Shown here one piece after another: positions 59,477-64,000 of a stretch of DNA of 64,000 nt (positions within the stretch are counted from its first letter, which is position 1; each line of letters opens with the position of its first letter). The notes beneath the pieces were generated by a model, which made no database searches, was not told the origin of the DNA, and was given only the letters and a program-made list of their open reading frames with translations. The stretch is from Klebsormidium nitens (lineage: Eukaryota > Plantae > Klebsormidiophyceae), in NCBI GenBank assembly GCA_000708835.1, contig DF237141.1, positions 62,001-126,000 of the forward strand. Direction: 5' to 3'. Both the position numbers and the translations under genes were made by a program.

Positions 59477-62400
59477 ATGGCAAATACCAAAGGCCAACGT
59501 GGCTCAAATGCAACACGCAAGCTCAACCGGGAACCTGGACGGGATGCGGGCAAAGCGGGGAGCGGAACCGGAACGACCAAAGTGAAGCATCAGAACGGAA
59601 GCAAAATTGGAACGGTAAAGCCGACATGGAAAAGCGCCGGAACAGGAAGCGGAACCGGTGCCAAAGTCGTCCCCAGCAAATCAGCGAAGGAGACAGTGCA
59701 GACATTGCCTGACACGACATCCGACGAAGAAAGCGAAGCCGGGAATCGATCTTTGAACGGGCGTGTAAGCGGAAGCGAACCGGAGCCGGAATGGGTGGAG
59801 CCTCGGAGGAAGCTCGTTCCGGTGACAGAGACCGGAAGGAACTACGTCAGCCGCTTCGCATACCAGGTCCGTGGAAAGCGCTTCAGAATTTATCTTCAAC
59901 TTTCCAACTCCTGGAAGCGACTGCGAAACCTTTCCTTCTGTAATATAAGCTCTCTTGATACATATTTTCGCCTTGCCTGGATGCTTCGTCAGAGAGAATC
60001 AACGGTGGCCAAAAATCAGTCCTTTTTTGAACGCCCTTGTGGGACACAGAAGACTCGTATGGTCGCCCTCACTTCTGGAACACAGACTGGAACTGGTGAA
60101 AGTGAACGAAACAATTTTAAGAACGAAAATTTTCGCTGGATCCGTTCCTTCCTTCAAGCCGCGCCCGACGATTCTGTACCAGGTCTTAATGACAGCGGAG
60201 CAAAGATACGAAAGCGCGTCATTTGTTTTTGGAGAATAGAAAAAGAAACGCACGGACCTTGATCTGACTCGATTTCGTTTTCCAAGTCCGATTTAAGCCG
60301 CGCGCGGTGGTAAAAACGGCTTCCCGACGTGGGAACAGTGCCACGCAAACGGAAAGTAGTAGTAAAGATCACAGAATCGAACGGACCTAGTTCTATGCAA
60401 ATCTGATTCTTTGTCAAGGTCTTGAGTCTCAAGCCGCGCGCGGTGCTGTACCACGGCTTCGCAACTTCGAAGCAAGCTGAACGTAGGGAAACGAAGAATT
60501 TCCGGAAAAACAGCAGATCACAACAATCGTTTAGCTTATTTATTTTTGCTTTCCAGGTCCTGAGCTTCAAGCCGCGCGCGCTGCTGTACCACGGCTTCGC
60601 GACGTCGGAGCAGTGCGATGAGATGGTCGCACTGGCCAAGCGGAAGAAGCTGACGCCATCGCTGACGAAGGGGCAGCGCCCAGGGGACCCGCAGAGGGCC
60701 AGGACCAGGTGGGTCCGCTGACGTCACTGAGAACAAACAACTTTTTTTCGTATTGAACGGTAGCGCGAGGCGACATGAATTCTTTAATTGAATTGGAGAG
60801 GTCGTTCTGCCCAAAGTCTCCATTTGGATCGTTTTCTGGCGCTGATCGGTCGTCGTCCGCAATTGCTGCCTTCACCCAAGTCGATTCACAGCTATTGGTT
60901 GTGCTTATAGCTTCCGATTTATGTTGATGTCCTGGCATTCATCAAATGTCGTGCGCAACGTTCCCGTGCCCTTCGAGGCATGCTTCTGCAGAAATGTAAA
61001 GAGGCGCTTAAGAAAGAAGGACCGAGTTTGGCAGAGGCCTCGAGCACAGCCAGCGTCGATCCAGACTGCTGGACAAAAGCGGAGTTGGTCGAGATGCTTC
61101 TTGCGAACCTGCTTCCACTATAGCTTTTTCACTACCCTTACGTTCCGCCTTAGATCGCGCGGTTTTCCAAATAAATATCTGCATCCTGCTTGCAGCTGGG
61201 GCGTCTTCCTTCCTCCAAAAGCGGACGGCTCCGGCGTCGTAGGGGAGTTGGAGCGGAAGCTAGCGGAAGCCATCATGATACCGGAAGATCACGGCGAGGT
61301 AAACTGAACCTCAGTCTGACAGTAGTCCCATAGAATAAAGGTGAATCGACCACTTAATTGATGACTGTAAAAACCAACCCGCTAACTACCCTTTCAAAGA
61401 ACAACAGTCGTTTCTCTGAACCATTTTCTCTGTAATGGAGTTGCAAGGCGCGCAGTTACATGCCGATCATTTTGCTGGCAGCGTTTGCAAGTACTTCTCT
61501 CAACCTATTCTTCACTTGGAACGAAGCTAAAATCAACCTATGTCCCTCAACATTGTCATCAATGCAACAGCTTCCCATTCCGGTTCTTCGTCGAAATGAC
61601 ACTCAGATCTCAAAGTCATGCTAAGATTGACTCGACGTGGCATCTTCCAGCACCAGAAACCCGAGCCGCGGATGTCGGTTTTAAAAGTTGGATCTTTGTA
61701 AGTTTCGGAGTTTTTTCTGGAGAAGTTTTGAAGAACTTGCACTTACGTGCAGGAGTTCAACGTTCTGCGATATGAGATCGGCCAAAAGTACACCGCGCAT
61801 TTCGATGACCCGTGCCGGAACCCCGGACTGCGCGAGAGTGGACGGGTACGTTTCCGGCGACCCCGTTTCTCGGCTCGCAACCCGTATGGTCGCCGAGCCG
61901 AGGTAGCTGACGTGCTGGGAACTTGCCTGCTTCTGGCGCTTTCACACCGTCATCGACTTCAGAAAGGCCTCCGGCCAAGGGTTTGTACGTTCAGTGCAGT
62001 AACTAGATGCGCGGGGAGCTTCAGCGCTGGCTCTGGGAAGATCCCTAGCGTCCAAGTCATCACTCTCAACGTTTCGAGTGCAACAAGCAGAGGCGCCCAC
62101 GATCCATTGTTTACGGATCGTAAAACCGTAAACAAGCCCGATCTAGAAGGGGGTTTACCTTTCACTTATCGAAAGAACATTGAATTGGGCTTCTGGTTTT
62201 ACCGCAAGCCGTCGTCTGCAACGGCACACTGGAAGGATTCGCGATCGGTTGGATATATTGTCAAAGCGGTTGCTGGTCTTTCGAAAGGTCCATCTTGTCA
62301 ATTTTACTTGAGGCGCTCGCCCGCACTAATTCTTTTGCAGCTTTGACTTTGACCGGTCAAGGCGCTCTCCGGTTCCGTCCGTCACCAATCCGGTGATTTT

Positions 62401-63537
62401 CCACGCAGCGCTTTTTGACAGCGCGATCATTTTGGCATCACGATCCTGACAATCTCAGCCCGCTCAGAATTTCGAAGTTGTTAAAAGCGCGGTTCTAAGC
62501 GACGGCTTCACGTCCCCCGCAGATGGCTTCGTTTCTGCTGTACCTTTCTGACGTGGCGGAGGGTGGAGAAACGTGCTTCCCCTGCGAGGTGAGCACCCAA
62601 TCCGCGCGCGATTTTGAAACCTTTCGCGCGTTGTTGGCTTCGTTCTGCTGTACTTTACGCTCGTTTTGATCCTTGTTCAAAGCCTTTCTAACGTGGACAA
62701 AGGCAGGCCGGAGACGGGCTTCCCCCTGCGAGGTTGCATCCGATTGCGGGCGCGACCCAGAGGGATGATCCGCGCGCGTTTTGATTTCCTTTCCTAATTT
62801 TAATTCCTGGAACACTGAGCGCAATAGGTGGGCCCCATAAAGGCGTCGAATTCTTTGCTTCTCGAGTACGCGTGCGCCTATGGGCGACCCTGGCTGTGTT
62901 TTTGGGGCTGGCTCAGAACTGCGAGAAATCGCATGGCCAGCTTCAATCCGAGACGGGGATTCTTGCGCTTATACAAGGGAAGGATTGGATATCGATAGGA
63001 AAAATATCGATAGATCTCCAATGGATATTCTCAGCCGTGGCGCCGTTGTTCTGAACTAGATCAGTGGTTTGATGGGTTTTGCCTCGAGGTTTCGCCCGTT
63101 TGACTTGAGGCTTTTGGGGTTCTGCTTGATCAAAGAGCATGATCTGGAATCTCGACAACGCTTACCTCAGGCCTTGAGAACTTGAGTGCAAATTGACGGT
63201 TATAAATCCAAAAAAAAGTCTTAAAAATACAAAGTTACGGTTATAAAATATGAAAGACATTTTTTTCAAAAGATTTTTTCAATTTCATCATTTTTAAAAA
63301 GATTTTTTCAATATTATCTTTACTACTCAACATAGGCCACCGCGAGATCGACATTTACTCCCGTAAAACCAATATTGACTCCCGCAAAAGCCAACATTGA
63401 CTCTAGCACTCCGCTTGGTGCAGAACGGCGACGAGGCGGATAGCGACTGCGACGGGTTTGCGGGGTTCAAGGTCAAGCCGCGCAAGGGCGACGCGCTCCT
63501 GTTCTACACCTTCCGGCCCGACGGGACGCACGACGAG
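59477..63537 (+). CDS. P4H: Prolyl 4-hydroxylase (2OG-Fe(II) oxygenase, plant/algal type); final exon not identified
   Basis: Exons 59477-59866, 60557-60708, 61196-61298, 61753-61845, 62523-62588, 63424-63537: VLSFKPRALLYHGFATSEQCDEMV...RTS|WGVFL...LERKLAEAIMIPEDHGE|EFNVLRYEIGQKYTAHFD (HxD motif)...MASFLLYLSDVAEGGETCFP...KVKPRKGDALLFYTFRPDGTHDE. The TTTTCAG just before the ATG suggests an upstream exon. The exon with the second catalytic His was not identified. Confidence 0.9.
60150..60470 (+). repeat. Three degenerate copies of the P4H exon 2 5' end
   Basis: AAGCCGCGC recurs near 60155, 60295 and 60430 before the exon copy near 60570; similarity increases toward the exon. Confidence 0.85.
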
Positions 63538-64000
63538 GTAAAGACGTCAGAAAGCTTATTTTCTCAAGCTCGTCCTTTCCATTTTGACTTTTAGTGCATC
63601 TGGCTTGACATGTTTTCCTATAATAACTTTGAAGTTTGAGACCTGAGCGGCCGTCGCGGTAGCTTCGACGTGCAACGTCTGCTTTTGACGTCGCTTCACG
63701 AGCGCTTGTAAGAGAATCTGGTGTTGCGACAGGAACGGCGGTGGGCATTTTTCATTCTATACTCGCACTTTTGATCCGCTGCAAGCACGTTTTTCGGCAC
63801 AGGCGCCTGTTGATACACGCACCACTACCTACGGTGAATGAGGTAACGCAAATCTAACTCTGTGATTGGGTTGCGGTAGTCTTCATTCAGCTGTCTGAGC
63901 CACTCGAATAGTGAACGGAAGAAAGACTGACGGCTGCTATGACAACGTCTGCGTGCGTCCGCGAAAATTTTGCTCCTCAGTCTGTAAGAGATACTTCATG

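Noticed and set aside
1-64000. tRNA, rRNA or snRNA genes
   Set aside because: No cloverleaf, rRNA-like or Sm-site/snoRNA box structure recognised by eye; a covariance-model search would be needed to exclude them.

Overview
Intron-rich eukaryotic genomic DNA. I infer a streptophyte alga such as Klebsormidium from the plant-type genes plus a centriole-type gene; this is not proven from the sequence. Genes, left to right: (1) a minus-strand coiled-coil gene whose N-terminus resembles CEP295/Ana1 and which runs off the window start; (2) a 3-exon thioredoxin h (WCGPC); (3) a minus-strand TRRAP/Tra1 PIKK pseudokinase, hand-assembled as 43 exons, 12066 nt CDS, about 4021 aa, with consistent splice phases and three GC-AG introns; (4) a SURP+CID CHERP-like splicing factor; (5) a prolyl 4-hydroxylase, probably missing its last exon. 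The most unusual signal is in the introns. More than 20 TRRAP exons, plus CHERP and P4H exons, are flanked by 1-6 degenerate direct-repeat copies ('exon echoes') of their own 5' or 3' end, usually including the splice site. In the clearest arrays the copies decay with distance from the exon. In the copies I aligned by hand, the differences from the real exon are mostly synonymous, which simple neutral decay does not predict. The palindrome TGACGTCA is also strongly over-represented (at least 18 copies counted).
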